64,000 nt of DNA from Candidatus Undinarchaeota archaeon. Lineage in GTDB: Archaea > SpSt-1190 > JASMDC01. The translations under genes were made by a program, and so were the position numbers. The stretch covers positions 127,652 through 191,651 of the forward strand of contig CAZFHY010000002.1 in NCBI GenBank assembly GCA_964519305.1, read 5' to 3'. The notes under the pieces were generated by a model, which made no database searches, was not told where the DNA came from, and saw only the letters and a list, made by a program, of their open reading frames with translations. This document shows positions 9,089-18,601 of this stretch, one piece after another; position 1 is the stretch's first letter; each line of letters starts with the position of its first letter.

Positions 9089-9903
9089 TGTTACCCGGTG
9101 CCGGGACGAGGGTCATAATCCAAGGTATCACCGGTGAGCGGGGAGCATATCACACCGGCCGTATGATAGAGGCAGGTACGAAGGTCGTGGCAGGGGTGTC
9201 GCCAGGCAGTGGTGGTCTCGCAATCCATGGTGTGCCCGTGTACGAGACCGTATCGGACGCTCTCGATGAACACGAGGTCGACGCCTCGGTGCTCTTCACT
9301 CCTCCTTCTGAAGTGCCGCCCTCGGTGTACGAGGCGATCGAGGACGAGCTGAAGCTCGTCGTAGTGAGCGCGAAAGGGGTTCCCCTGCGCGACACTATGC
9401 GTTTCGTGCGCATGGCCAGGGAGAAGGGTACGTCGGTCATCGGGCCCGCGAGCGCGGGTATCGCACGCCCGGGAGCTTCAGTGCTCGGGTCATGGCCGTA
9501 CGAAGTCCTTTCCAAGGGCAACATAGCGATAGTGACCCGGTTCTGCACTCTCGGTGTAGCGGCGACGGCCGCCCTTACATCGGCAGGATTGGGCCAATCC
9601 CTGTGCATCGGTCTGGGCGGTGAGCATGTCGTTGGGACGGACGAGCGTGACGTGCTCCCTGTGCTCTCGGAAGACAAACGTACCAAGGCGGTGTTCTTTG
9701 TGATAGATCCTATGCGCTCCGTGGTACCGATGTGTGAGGCACTCGCGGAACTGGATCTCCCTGCTGTAGCCTACGTCCCCGGGGCTGTCGGTGCGACAGT
9801 CAAGCGCCTGGAAATGGTGAAAGGTCTGGAGAGCGCAGGCGCTCTGGTGGTGGAATCGCTGGAAGGTGCAATAGACGCCTTGGGCGAGTTCGGCGGCCAG
9901 TAG
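9085..9903 (+). CDS. Succinyl-CoA synthetase alpha-subunit homologue lacking the phospho-His loop
   Basis: CoA-binding N-terminus (TRVIIQGITG..G..H, VAGVSPG.GG, GVPVYETV) and GLGQS.CIGLGG are kept. No GHAGA motif. ATGA overlap with the beta gene. Confidence 0.85.
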   Translation: MMLPGAGTRVIIQGITGERGAYHTGRMIEAGTKVVAGVSPGSGGLAIHGVPVYETVSDALDEHEVDASVLFTPPSEVPPSVYEAIEDELKLVVVSAKGVPLRDTMRFVRMAREKGTSVIGPASAGIARPGASVLGSWPYEVLSKGNIAIVTRFCTLGVAATAALTSAGLGQSLCIGLGGEHVVGTDERDVLPVLSEDKRTKAVFFVIDPMRSVVPMCEALAELDLPAVAYVPGAVGATVKRLEMVKGLESAGALVVESLEGAIDALGEFGGQ

Positions 9904-9918
9904 CTATCGGGTTAATAA

Positions 9919-10482
9919 GTGTTCGCCGCACGGAAGGAAAGCATGCTCGCCAAGCGGGAGCTGGACCTTGGTGCGCTCATGGTCATGGTGTTCCTCATGG
10001 GCGCCGTGAACGCCGCGCTCCTCAGTGCGCTCTACCACTCCCCTGCAGCGCTCGGTATGGACGAACTGACAGAGGGCGTGCTCGGCCTGCCTGCCGTGTT
10101 CTATCTTACTTCAGCGCTCGGTCTGCCCCTGATAGTAGTACTCTCCACGCTCCAAAAGGAACAATCCCTTAAACGGGATTTCCAGGCGGTGTACCTCGGC
10201 TTCATCATGGCGCTCCTCACACTCTTTCTGTTCTATCCGGTGTTCTACCTTGGCAGTTCATCGATCACGGGTGTATTCCGGTTGTTCAGACGATTGGTGT
10301 TCTTCTTCGTCGTGTGCTTCTCATTTATCGCGTCGATGACCGACCTTTACGAGAGGACCATCCCTCGCAAGCAGGCGGCGATTATTGCAGGATTGGCCTC
10401 TTCGGTCTATCTCATCCTGACTTTCTTCCAGCTCCTACGGACGTTATGCCCGGGCCTCTATGAGGCCATGCTGGACCTCTAG
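9919..10482 (+). CDS. Hypothetical integral membrane protein (~5 TM)
   Basis: Five hydrophobic segments; starts 15 nt after the sucD-like gene. Confidence 0.7.
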   Translation: MFAARKESMLAKRELDLGALMVMVFLMGAVNAALLSALYHSPAALGMDELTEGVLGLPAVFYLTSALGLPLIVVLSTLQKEQSLKRDFQAVYLGFIMALLTLFLFYPVFYLGSSSITGVFRLFRRLVFFFVVCFSFIASMTDLYERTIPRKQAAIIAGLASSVYLILTFFQLLRTLCPGLYEAMLDL

Positions 10483-10940
10483 CGACGTCGCTTCTTGCGC
10501 CGTAGCCGTGACGCCCCACCGCACACAGGACACTCACCCGCTCGCTCCAGACGTTTGCCACAGTCACGGCATAAAAGCTCCCAACGGAAGGTACTTGTGA
10601 TCTCGTCCCGGGGCGAGACGTAAGGTATGCCCAGCTCCCTACATGTGTTCTGGATCGAGAAGTCGTTCGTGAAAAGTGGAACGCCCTCCTCCAGTGCTAG
10701 GGCGATGAGGGCCGTGTCCGTCTCGGAGAGCCTGTGAGAGTCCCCCGTACGCTCAGAAACCGCCTGGACGCGGCGCAGGGCATCCTTTCCCGGCTTTCGC
10801 ACGGTCACGTTCAGGCGCTCGAGCGCGGTCTGCGCGTCCTGACTACGTAGCTCCATCATGACGCCTGGCACCGTGAAGAGCTCGTCATCCGGATTGGGAT
10901 CACCCTCGAGCACTGCCGATGTATCCAGTACGAAGCGCAT
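10479..10940 (-). CDS. nob1: NOB1-family rRNA-processing endonuclease (PIN + Zn ribbon)
   Basis: VLDTSA, TVPGVMMEL, GD..RLSETD...IALA and TNDFSIQN motifs, followed by CxxC...CPVCG. Confidence 0.92.
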   Translation of the reverse strand: MRFVLDTSAVLEGDPNPDDELFTVPGVMMELRSQDAQTALERLNVTVRKPGKDALRRVQAVSERTGDSHRLSETDTALIALALEEGVPLFTNDFSIQNTCRELGIPYVSPRDEITSTFRWELLCRDCGKRLERAGECPVCGGASRLRRKKRRR

Positions 10941-10996
10941 ACCGGAGCCCCGCGTTCTCGGAACATATTTAAAAGATTCGATGCGCGCTCCATTTC

Positions 10997-11380
10997 ATGA
11001 TTGAGAAGGCCGCCATCAACTCCCTGAAGAAGGGTAAGTTCATCCTCCTGGACGGAGAACCCTGCCGTGTCGTCAGCACGCAATCCTCCGCGCCCGGTAA
11101 GCATGGCCATGCCAAGGTACGTATGGAGGCCGTTGGCATCTTTGATGGCCAGAAGCGGGCAATAGTCCAGCCAAGTCACAACAAGGTTTCCGTCCCCATT
11201 GTTGACAAGCGTGTGGGTCAGGTACTCTCTGTCCACGAAGGTCGAGTGCAGATCATGGACAACCAGTCCTATGAGACCTTCGAGATCCCCATCCCGGATG
11301 ACTTTGACGGGACCGTTACCGAAGGTGGCGAGGTCGCGTACTGGGACATAATGGGTCGTAAGCTCCTACGCGGTAAGTAG
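10997..11380 (+). CDS. eif5a: Translation factor aIF5A
   Basis: Hypusine-site motif S.PGKHGHAK; VPIVDKR and QIMD..SYETF. Confidence 0.97.
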   Translation: MIEKAAINSLKKGKFILLDGEPCRVVSTQSSAPGKHGHAKVRMEAVGIFDGQKRAIVQPSHNKVSVPIVDKRVGQVLSVHEGRVQIMDNQSYETFEIPIPDDFDGTVTEGGEVAYWDIMGRKLLRGK

Positions 11381-11490
11381 GCGGTCTACAGATCTTGTGA
11401 CTAGGGCAGTGATCACTACAATGTCCTAAACTCAGGGACGGTGCCGCGCTGTCCAAAAGGTAGTTAAAGCTACTCCCCTCCATCCCCGGC

Positions 11491-11742
11491 ATGGCCGAGC
11501 CATGGCGTGAATTCGCAAAAGAGACCGTGGAACTAACCGGAGCAAATTTCGTTGAGGTCAAGCTCTCCTGCCCCCCCGACGGTGATAAGCTGTTCGTGGG
11601 AATCTCAAAGGGTTGGAAGCGGGATGACGGATCTGCCCGGTACAAATCGAATGTCACGGTCCCTGTCGAGAAGGCGGAGGACATTGTCGCCGCCCTTAAG
11701 AAGATCGTGGACAAATCGAAAGAGATATCCACCGACGAGTGA
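11491..11742 (+). CDS. Small protein, possible PC4/whirly-like nucleic-acid-binding fold
   Basis: Pattern of beta strands (FVEVKL, FVGISKGW, NVTVP) plus a C-terminal helix. TTAAAG lies ~22 nt upstream of the ATG. Confidence 0.6.
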   Translation: MAEPWREFAKETVELTGANFVEVKLSCPPDGDKLFVGISKGWKRDDGSARYKSNVTVPVEKAEDIVAALKKIVDKSKEISTDE

Positions 11743-11778
11743 GACTGTCAGTTCAAGGCCCGCAGCGGGTTTTCTGCG

Positions 11779-13308
11779 TCACCACGCACCCTGACATCGT
11801 CCCCGCACCAGATAGACACATCTCTGGCATCGGGACGGCAGTTCATCTACGTTCTGAGGACGACCGGCTGCCGAGGGTACGCCCAGAGCGCGTGCATGAT
11901 CCACATCCTCTCTCGCGAGCAGGCAGGGAGGGAGCGGACGGGCCACTACAAGGTTGATGCCACGCTCACGCATTGCCAGGATACAGTCGAGCAGAGGGCG
12001 CGCGTCACCCGGCTTGGCGATGTCAGGATCAACCCGGTGCGCAAGGACCACAAGAGGCGGATCCGTGGCCAGTAGAACATCGCAGAGCCCGGCCATCTTT
12101 GGCGCCCCTATCATGGGGGAAAGTATCACCGGTCTGCCACTAGGCACTTCCAGGTCGACCACAGGGAACAACGGTACACGTCTCCCATCCTCATCCCACG
12201 CGGGCCCCTCCATGTCCAGGCTCGGAGGTGGACGGCCTTTGGTGGGACGGGCCGCAACGGCCCCTTGGGGGCACAGCTCCTGACAGCAGAGACAGTGGAT
12301 GCATCGATCCCTGTCGTACACGGGTTGTGGGTCCATGGTTATGGCCCGGACCGGACAGTTAGCAGCGCACGTACCGCAGCGGGTACATCGTTCCGGTTCG
12401 AGCTCCGGGACGACATCCCGTCCGTCCGCCTGCATGGCAACAGGCTTGCGGAAATCAGGGACCCTGAAGCGCTCCATATCGGCGCCCACTACGTCGATCC
12501 TGTCGAGGATGCCCTCGCCCAGCCCCCTTCCCGCGGCGATCCGTGTGGAGGGGATGGCCCCCGATGCGTATCCCATGAGGTGGGCGGAGACCGCGTCGAG
12601 GGCGACGGCATCAGTGGCAGCGAGCACGAGACCGATATGTCGGGGCATTCCCGCACATGGCCCTTCCCCCTCCATGGCGACCACGGCATCCATGACCGAT
12701 ATCCCGGGGCGCAGTTCTCCATAGAGCGAGGCGAGCATCTGTGAGAAGTCCTCTCTGAGTGGATTAGTGCGGTGTCCCTCGGACTTTCCCTGTCCGGGGA
12801 GGCACCCATAGAGGTTCTTCACAGCGCCCGTGAGAAGAGTCAGCGAATGGGTCTTGAGCTTGGGAAGGTTGATGATCAGGTCGGCTTCTAGCACAGGCGA
12901 GGCGACGTCCACGGTCGCTGGCCGGGCCTCAGGTAGGTTCAACCGCCGGCTTGCGCTTCGCTGGAGGTTGACTACCTCACCGCCTGCACGTCGCGTGGCC
13001 TCGGCCACCCCCGATATATCGAGGGCACGCTCGGTCATCTGAGGATCGCTCCCACCAGCACAATCCCCTACGAGCACCCGACATCCGGCGTCAGCTGCCA
13101 GACGGACGATCGCTTCCACGACCGAGGGATGGGTCGTTGCGGCCCGCCAGGGGCGGTAGGGCTCGATAAGATTGGGCTTGACCAGCACGGTCCCTCCCGC
13201 AGGGATGAGCGAAGCGAGGTCCCCGGCTTTAGTGAGTGCGGTCGACACGGCATTGGCGACCTCTTCCCGACCGTACCCGTCGCAGGGACTCACACCCACC
13301 GTCGCCAT
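11779..13308 (-). CDS. DUF362-domain protein with a 2x[4Fe-4S] ferredoxin domain and an extra Cys-containing C-terminal domain
   Basis: VLVKPNL, ATTHP, INLPKLKTH, TGAVKNLYG, MEGEGP and D.VALD motifs; two CxxCxxCxxxCP clusters. Start set at ATG 13308. Confidence 0.9.
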   Translation of the reverse strand: MATVGVSPCDGYGREEVANAVSTALTKAGDLASLIPAGGTVLVKPNLIEPYRPWRAATTHPSVVEAIVRLAADAGCRVLVGDCAGGSDPQMTERALDISGVAEATRRAGGEVVNLQRSASRRLNLPEARPATVDVASPVLEADLIINLPKLKTHSLTLLTGAVKNLYGCLPGQGKSEGHRTNPLREDFSQMLASLYGELRPGISVMDAVVAMEGEGPCAGMPRHIGLVLAATDAVALDAVSAHLMGYASGAIPSTRIAAGRGLGEGILDRIDVVGADMERFRVPDFRKPVAMQADGRDVVPELEPERCTRCGTCAANCPVRAITMDPQPVYDRDRCIHCLCCQELCPQGAVAARPTKGRPPPSLDMEGPAWDEDGRRVPLFPVVDLEVPSGRPVILSPMIGAPKMAGLCDVLLATDPPLVVLAHRVDPDIAKPGDARPLLDCILAMRERGINLVVARPLPPCLLAREDVDHARALGVPSAAGRPQNVDELPSRCQRCVYLVRGRCQGAW

Positions 13309-13366
13309 GGTCTTTACTGGCAAGGGGTCGGGAAATGTTATAAGCTTTGTCAGGAGCGTCGGTCCC

Positions 13367-14917
13367 GTGGTCTTTGCTCTGGTCAATGCACCCACCACTG
13401 CATCCCGGCCCTGGTCCGAGCCGCCACTGGAGCCTGCGTCCGTGGCCGGCCACCTCAGGGCAAAAGGCGTGAACGTGGAACTGGACGATCTGGCCGTGCG
13501 TGTGGCCACTGAGCAGCGTCAGGCGAAAAGAGTGAAGGTCGGAGTGTTCGATGATCCGGACCGTACTGTAGCACATCTTCAGGGGAAGGTGTGTATCAGG
13601 TACATGGACATAACCGCCGACCGGATGATAGGGCTGTCATCACTGGACCTCTCCTCAGCTGATCTTGTCGGTGTTTTCGCTCCGGGGATAGAGCATCTCA
13701 TGCCCGCCCTCGCCCTCGCCCGGAGCTTGGCGGATAACGGGTCGGAAGTAGTGCTGGCAGGTGCGGCAGCGGGTCCGTTCGCAGAGAAGTGCGTTTCCTC
13801 GTTCCCCTTCCTACGGGGTGTCGTGTTCGCAGGCACCGAAGAGGCGTTCCATGCACTGGCGACCGGGACCGGGACCGTGCCAGGGATGGTCGAGCGTGTG
13901 GGGAAGGAAGTGCGGACACAGCCGCCCATTGATGTGCCTTTGGACCAGCTTCCTCCACCGGACTTCACGGGGCTTCCCGAGGACCGCTACCCGGACAAGT
14001 TGGCGCGGTTGCCGTATCGTATATCTCGTGGATGCCCTGGATCGTGCGCCTACTGCGCCTACCATCTCGACCGCGTTCTGGAAGTACGCCCCCCTGAGCG
14101 GGTCGCTGCAGACCTGGCCGTACTCATGGACCGGTACGATGCCGATGAGTTCGTGTTCACTGACAACACCCTAAACATTTCTACAGGTCATATGGAGGGA
14201 CTGTGCGATGCATTGTCGCCCTTATCGGTCCGATGGTCAGGATATGCAAGGCCGACGGGCCTCGACCGTCAGCTGCTCTCACGTATGCGTGCAGCAGGGT
14301 GTATCAAGCTCAATCTCGGCCTGGAGTCGGGATCCCAGCGTCTGCTGGACAGGTTCCAGAAGGGCATACCTGCAGGCGAAGCAGAACGGATCATCCGGGA
14401 CGCCCATGAAGCAGGTATCGCGTGCGAAGTGAACTTCATGGTAGGATTCCCTGGCGAGGGCGAGGATGACCTTACAGCGACCGAGGAGCTAGCCCGTAGG
14501 TTGGCCCCTGCTATCGATACGGCGGTCGTCAATCTCCTCACTATCCCTCGCGTATCGGATATGTCGCAGCACCCCGAACTGTATAGGATCGCACGTATCC
14601 ACCGGACAACAGCCTGGGCCGATGCTGATGTGGCCTTCGATGAGGAGGATGGCCCGCCTTGGGAGGAGCGTGCACAAACACGCATCGATGCCGCTGAACG
14701 GTTGGTCGCTGTGCTCATGGACGCCGGAGTGGACGTGTCGGACCACACCATGGGTACACTTCTCCTCCTGCGTCAGGCGGAACGCCAGCGTCGGGAGGGT
14801 TATTGCCTTTACTGGAAGGAGCGACGCAGTTGCTATCGTTGTGAGCACCTGCACGGCGACCGCTGCGCGGTGAACGCACAGAAATCCATTCCTCTTCTGG
14901 ACAAGGTCGTAAAATAG
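13367..14917 (+). CDS. Cobalamin-binding radical SAM protein
   Basis: N-terminal B12-binding-type domain (LVNAP...PPL..ASVAGHLR..G); SRGCPGSCAYC, FTDN, GLESGS and FMVGFPGE motifs. GTG 13367 lies ~24 nt after TTATAA. Confidence 0.88.
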   Translation: MVFALVNAPTTASRPWSEPPLEPASVAGHLRAKGVNVELDDLAVRVATEQRQAKRVKVGVFDDPDRTVAHLQGKVCIRYMDITADRMIGLSSLDLSSADLVGVFAPGIEHLMPALALARSLADNGSEVVLAGAAAGPFAEKCVSSFPFLRGVVFAGTEEAFHALATGTGTVPGMVERVGKEVRTQPPIDVPLDQLPPPDFTGLPEDRYPDKLARLPYRISRGCPGSCAYCAYHLDRVLEVRPPERVAADLAVLMDRYDADEFVFTDNTLNISTGHMEGLCDALSPLSVRWSGYARPTGLDRQLLSRMRAAGCIKLNLGLESGSQRLLDRFQKGIPAGEAERIIRDAHEAGIACEVNFMVGFPGEGEDDLTATEELARRLAPAIDTAVVNLLTIPRVSDMSQHPELYRIARIHRTTAWADADVAFDEEDGPPWEERAQTRIDAAERLVAVLMDAGVDVSDHTMGTLLLLRQAERQRREGYCLYWKERRSCYRCEHLHGDRCAVNAQKSIPLLDKVVK

Positions 14918-14923
14918 CCGATA

Positions 14924-17900
14924 TCAGGCATACCAGAGATGGAATCGTAGCCAGGAGTACCCTACCTTTCTACCATTGGTCGTGACAACATATGCCGCCG
15001 TCCCCGTTGAGATGTGGGGGGGGACTGTCTTCTCAGGGATCGCCTCGCCCCCATGAAGCGGGATCAATCGATCGTACTCCACCTGGAAGGGATTACCTTG
15101 GAGGGAAGCTAAGCGGGGGCCCATCTCAGCAGGATCTACACTGAAGTCCATGAGGGTGCGGATGGTCGTGGCGTTGAAGGGGGTGAGCTGTGCACCCTTG
15201 ATGTCGAGGGTGATGCTGGGTTTGAGCGATGCGTCCGGCATTACTGACGCCCGGCTGACCATGTTCTTGTCCGAAAGCGCCACGGTGAATCCGCAGGCGC
15301 CCCATTTCCCGCAGGTCGCGTTCCAATACGTGATCCAGTCCTCGTTAGCGTCGAACTCGACGATCTGACCCCCTTCGATCATCCGCTCGAACACCTTGTC
15401 CATGCTGTCGGGGAAGTAGGTGACGTTGGTCCAGTCCCCGGTGAAAGCGAAGGTGATATTCCCCACGTCATGGCCCGAAGGAGCTTCGATGAGCTCGGAC
15501 GGGATGATCGTCTTGCTCATCCGCCATAGAGTCGAGGAGGGATAGAACGTATAGAGGGTGATGACCGCGCCCAGTTCGTGCCGAGCGGTCGTCTGCACGA
15601 CATTTCGGACGGGTCCTTCGACCATGACCGTGGCCGATTTACTGGTGGCAGGGATGGCTGTTTCCTCAAGTCCGGGGACCTCTAATGCGAATGATGGTCG
15701 ACCCCCTTCCATCAGGTCGGTCCCGGTGAGCGCTTGTTCCGGGATGAAGGAATTGAGCATGCACACCGCGCCGAGCCCCGTGGATGCCTGGACACCGCAG
15801 CTCACGCCCGGGCTGTAAGTGAAAGACCAGAACCCGGCATCGCTCGAGACGTTGGTCACTGAGCGCACCTCGGTCTCGTCGAGGATACCGTTGTTATTGT
15901 CATCGCGTCGGTTGGTGCACGTGCGATCGGGGCATATATCGGCGAAGCAGTCCGTGCACACGAGCTTCCTGCCCAGCGCAAGGTCTGACTCACCGGTCAC
16001 CGGTGCCTCGTTGGTACCCACTCGATAGAATGCGTAGAAGCGCTTGTCCTCTCCGGGCTGGATGCTCTCCATCCAGGAGATGTCTGCCCGAGGTGCCTTG
16101 TTCACGGAGTTCCTGACAAAGAACACGTCCCCGCGCACGCAGTAGAGCTTTTCCTCAAGGCACAGGGGCGCTTGAGGAGGTTCGGGCGGCTCCTTGTCGG
16201 TACCCATGGCATAGTAGAGGAATAGATCGCGGTGGACCTCACCAGGGTACAGGTTCGCGGGGCCCGGTGCCTCGATGAAAGGGAGATGGAAGTTGATACG
16301 TGCATAGGACGAAGGATAGGGGGCGATGAAAGGCCGGCTCATGGGCGACCAGCTGCGTGCCAGTTCCAGAGACTCGCCCGTCGGGAGCACGACCATGCGG
16401 TCTGCTGCGAGCTCGAGGTCGGTCTTGTCCTCGTACTTGTTCATACATCGTGGGAACACTGCCGTAGAATCGTGGGTCTCAAGGATGGAGAACTGGAGCC
16501 GGATGTTCTTGGGGTAGTTACGCCTGATGACCCCTGTCCGCTCATCGAACACCTTCTTTGGGACGGTGATGTTGATCGTGAAGATGTCCATGTCATCTTT
16601 GGTTGCAGGATAGATACGTGGTACGTCGAGGTCGACTGTCGTCGTGCAGAGGTAGAAGTGTTTGGAGCCAGCTTCCACCTTTAACGGCTCAGAGAGCGAG
16701 GGGAGATCGGTGTAATCGGGTTCCGTGGACTCGGTGTTCATTCCGAGCAGTTCCTCTTCATCGACCTCGCGGACCACCGTGACGCAATCGTCGATGCCGC
16801 CAGCATCGGTTATGCAGCTCCCAGGTACGATGCCCGTCACATCACCGGCGAGTTCCACGGTGTGGTTGGCCTTGTACGCCACCACGCGTACCTGCATGTT
16901 CCATGAGGGGATTCCTGAGTGGTTGACCTCCCGCACACGACGTCGTTGGAGTGTAAGACCATAGTAGATGACGTCGTCCTCGTACACACGGCCATCACGC
17001 CAGTCGACCACCTCCATGGGCACCTCCTCATAGTCCCGGTCACCGATAACCTCTACAGGTCCGTAGGTGCTCACTAGGTTGGGATGGCTGGGGATGATGT
17101 CCTTTCGGGGGCATGTGTAGCCCTCTTCAAGCGGACCGAACTCGGGGTAGGACCACTTGAGCCGGGGGTGTACCCGACAGTCACTGATGGAGCAGCGGCC
17201 ATTAGTGCATACGAAGTCGTCCTGGACATCGGTGTAGCCCGCCTTGCAGTTGCGGTACACAACCTTTACAGGATTCATATCTGGGCGACACCGGTCCACG
17301 GTTTCCTCTACATCGAACGTGTTGAAGTACAGGAAGAAGGTGCGCTTGTCACCGTAGGATACCGGGCCTGGGAATGTCCAGTTCATGAACATGGTGCAAT
17401 CGCAAGATGACTTGTAGAGACGAGGGCAGTCGAATGGACAGGAGTATGAGTCCTCGCCATCCTCACAGTCGTTGTTACCACATGTGTCAAGGCAGTCCGG
17501 ATCGCAATTGGCGTTGCTCTCCCCCACACCGCATAGCCCGTCACCGCACGTCCCCGGGCAGTCAAGATGGCAGGATACCGAGTTCTCGGTTGAGCTGCAT
17601 ACACCATCACCGCAGCAGTGTGACTCCGACGTGTAGTTCATGGGGGTCCCATAGGTATCGGCGATGAGGGTGCTGTTCATGTCCAGGCCAAGACGGCAGG
17701 GGACCCCCTGGGCGTCCATGATGTCAGCTAGCTTCACGGTAATAGACGCATTGGCCTCATTGGCCGGACCGACGGCCTTGGTGGACACGCGGAGACGGTA
17801 GTCCCATCTATCGTCGTACCAGTCGTCCATGTACAGGCGTACGGAACCGGGATCAGGATAGTCGAGGAGGTTGTCGCCATTGACATCGGCGGGCTCCAGC

Positions 17901-18601
17901 TCGACGAGGTCAGCGGGACCGGACACGGGTAGGCAGTTGACCATGTACTCCCGGTCCTCCTCTGTGATGTTGTAGAGCCCGCGAGGATCATGGTACAGGT
18001 CGCACATCCGTAATGGAAGGGTGAAATTGGGCCATGCCGAGGTCAGCTTGTGGCCGAAGTCGATGCGGTACCGGTACCACGGCCAGGCCACCTGGAGGGG
18101 CAGGATGATGTCACCGTTCCCGCTCCTCAGGTTGACCGAGCCGGGATCCACTGCCTTGGGGAGGTCTAGGGTCACTGTGACGGGCCAGTCCGTCCAAGCG
18201 TACCGTTCGGTCGGTTCCTTCAGCGTAAATGGCTGCATAAAGGATATCGAGTAGGAGAATCCAGCATGCTCTGGCAGGATGTTCTCAAGAGTCTTGTCCA
18301 AGAGGTTGAAATCCGCTGCGAACACCGCTTCTCCAAGGAAGTTCTTCGAATCCAGGCTCGAGAGGATGCCCATGATCTGATCGGACAACTCACGGGTCGC
18401 CTCCTCCTCCTGTATGACGCGGATGAACACCGGTGTGCGGAGGATCGACTGGGAGTAGAACATCAACAGGAAGATGGACAGGACCGCCTCGACAGCGTGA
18501 ATGAATCCTCTCTCGTCCTCGGCCAGTCCACGTTCAGGTCGTCCGCGCCCCCTACTTGTCAACGTCCTTCCCACGCGTTTCACCTTTACATGTACGACCA
18601 T
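14924..18601 (-). CDS. Giant type-IV minor-pilin-like surface protein B (~1220 aa)
   Basis: Class III-like signal (ERG/FIHAVEAVLSIFLLMFY); C-terminal YSWLRFHLWY strand; DUF2341-like motifs; paralogue of 18586-22218. Start may be GTG 18574. Confidence 0.75.
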   Translation of the reverse strand: MVVHVKVKRVGRTLTSRGRGRPERGLAEDERGFIHAVEAVLSIFLLMFYSQSILRTPVFIRVIQEEEATRELSDQIMGILSSLDSKNFLGEAVFAADFNLLDKTLENILPEHAGFSYSISFMQPFTLKEPTERYAWTDWPVTVTLDLPKAVDPGSVNLRSGNGDIILPLQVAWPWYRYRIDFGHKLTSAWPNFTLPLRMCDLYHDPRGLYNITEEDREYMVNCLPVSGPADLVELEPADVNGDNLLDYPDPGSVRLYMDDWYDDRWDYRLRVSTKAVGPANEANASITVKLADIMDAQGVPCRLGLDMNSTLIADTYGTPMNYTSESHCCGDGVCSSTENSVSCHLDCPGTCGDGLCGVGESNANCDPDCLDTCGNNDCEDGEDSYSCPFDCPRLYKSSCDCTMFMNWTFPGPVSYGDKRTFFLYFNTFDVEETVDRCRPDMNPVKVVYRNCKAGYTDVQDDFVCTNGRCSISDCRVHPRLKWSYPEFGPLEEGYTCPRKDIIPSHPNLVSTYGPVEVIGDRDYEEVPMEVVDWRDGRVYEDDVIYYGLTLQRRRVREVNHSGIPSWNMQVRVVAYKANHTVELAGDVTGIVPGSCITDAGGIDDCVTVVREVDEEELLGMNTESTEPDYTDLPSLSEPLKVEAGSKHFYLCTTTVDLDVPRIYPATKDDMDIFTINITVPKKVFDERTGVIRRNYPKNIRLQFSILETHDSTAVFPRCMNKYEDKTDLELAADRMVVLPTGESLELARSWSPMSRPFIAPYPSSYARINFHLPFIEAPGPANLYPGEVHRDLFLYYAMGTDKEPPEPPQAPLCLEEKLYCVRGDVFFVRNSVNKAPRADISWMESIQPGEDKRFYAFYRVGTNEAPVTGESDLALGRKLVCTDCFADICPDRTCTNRRDDNNNGILDETEVRSVTNVSSDAGFWSFTYSPGVSCGVQASTGLGAVCMLNSFIPEQALTGTDLMEGGRPSFALEVPGLEETAIPATSKSATVMVEGPVRNVVQTTARHELGAVITLYTFYPSSTLWRMSKTIIPSELIEAPSGHDVGNITFAFTGDWTNVTYFPDSMDKVFERMIEGGQIVEFDANEDWITYWNATCGKWGACGFTVALSDKNMVSRASVMPDASLKPSITLDIKGAQLTPFNATTIRTLMDFSVDPAEMGPRLASLQGNPFQVEYDRLIPLHGGEAIPEKTVPPHISTGTAAYVVTTNGRKVGYSWLRFHLWYA
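17426..17617 (-). repeat. Three tandem Cys-rich CGDGxC...E....C..DC coding repeats
   Basis: CGDGVCSSTENSVSCHLDC / CGDGLCGVGESNANCDPDC / CGNNDCEDGEDSYSCPFDC; absent from paralogue A. Confidence 0.85.

Noticed and set aside
8096-9903. Functional sucCD, or conversely simple pseudogenes
   Set aside because: The catalytic His loop and ATP-grasp motifs are missing, yet frames, coupling and promoter are intact. Reported as a candidate pseudoenzyme instead.
13172-13509. Long head-to-head overlap of DUF362 and radical-SAM ORFs shown by the track
   Set aside because: Family N-termini and the TATA position place the starts at 13308 (-) and 13367 (+), so there is no overlap.
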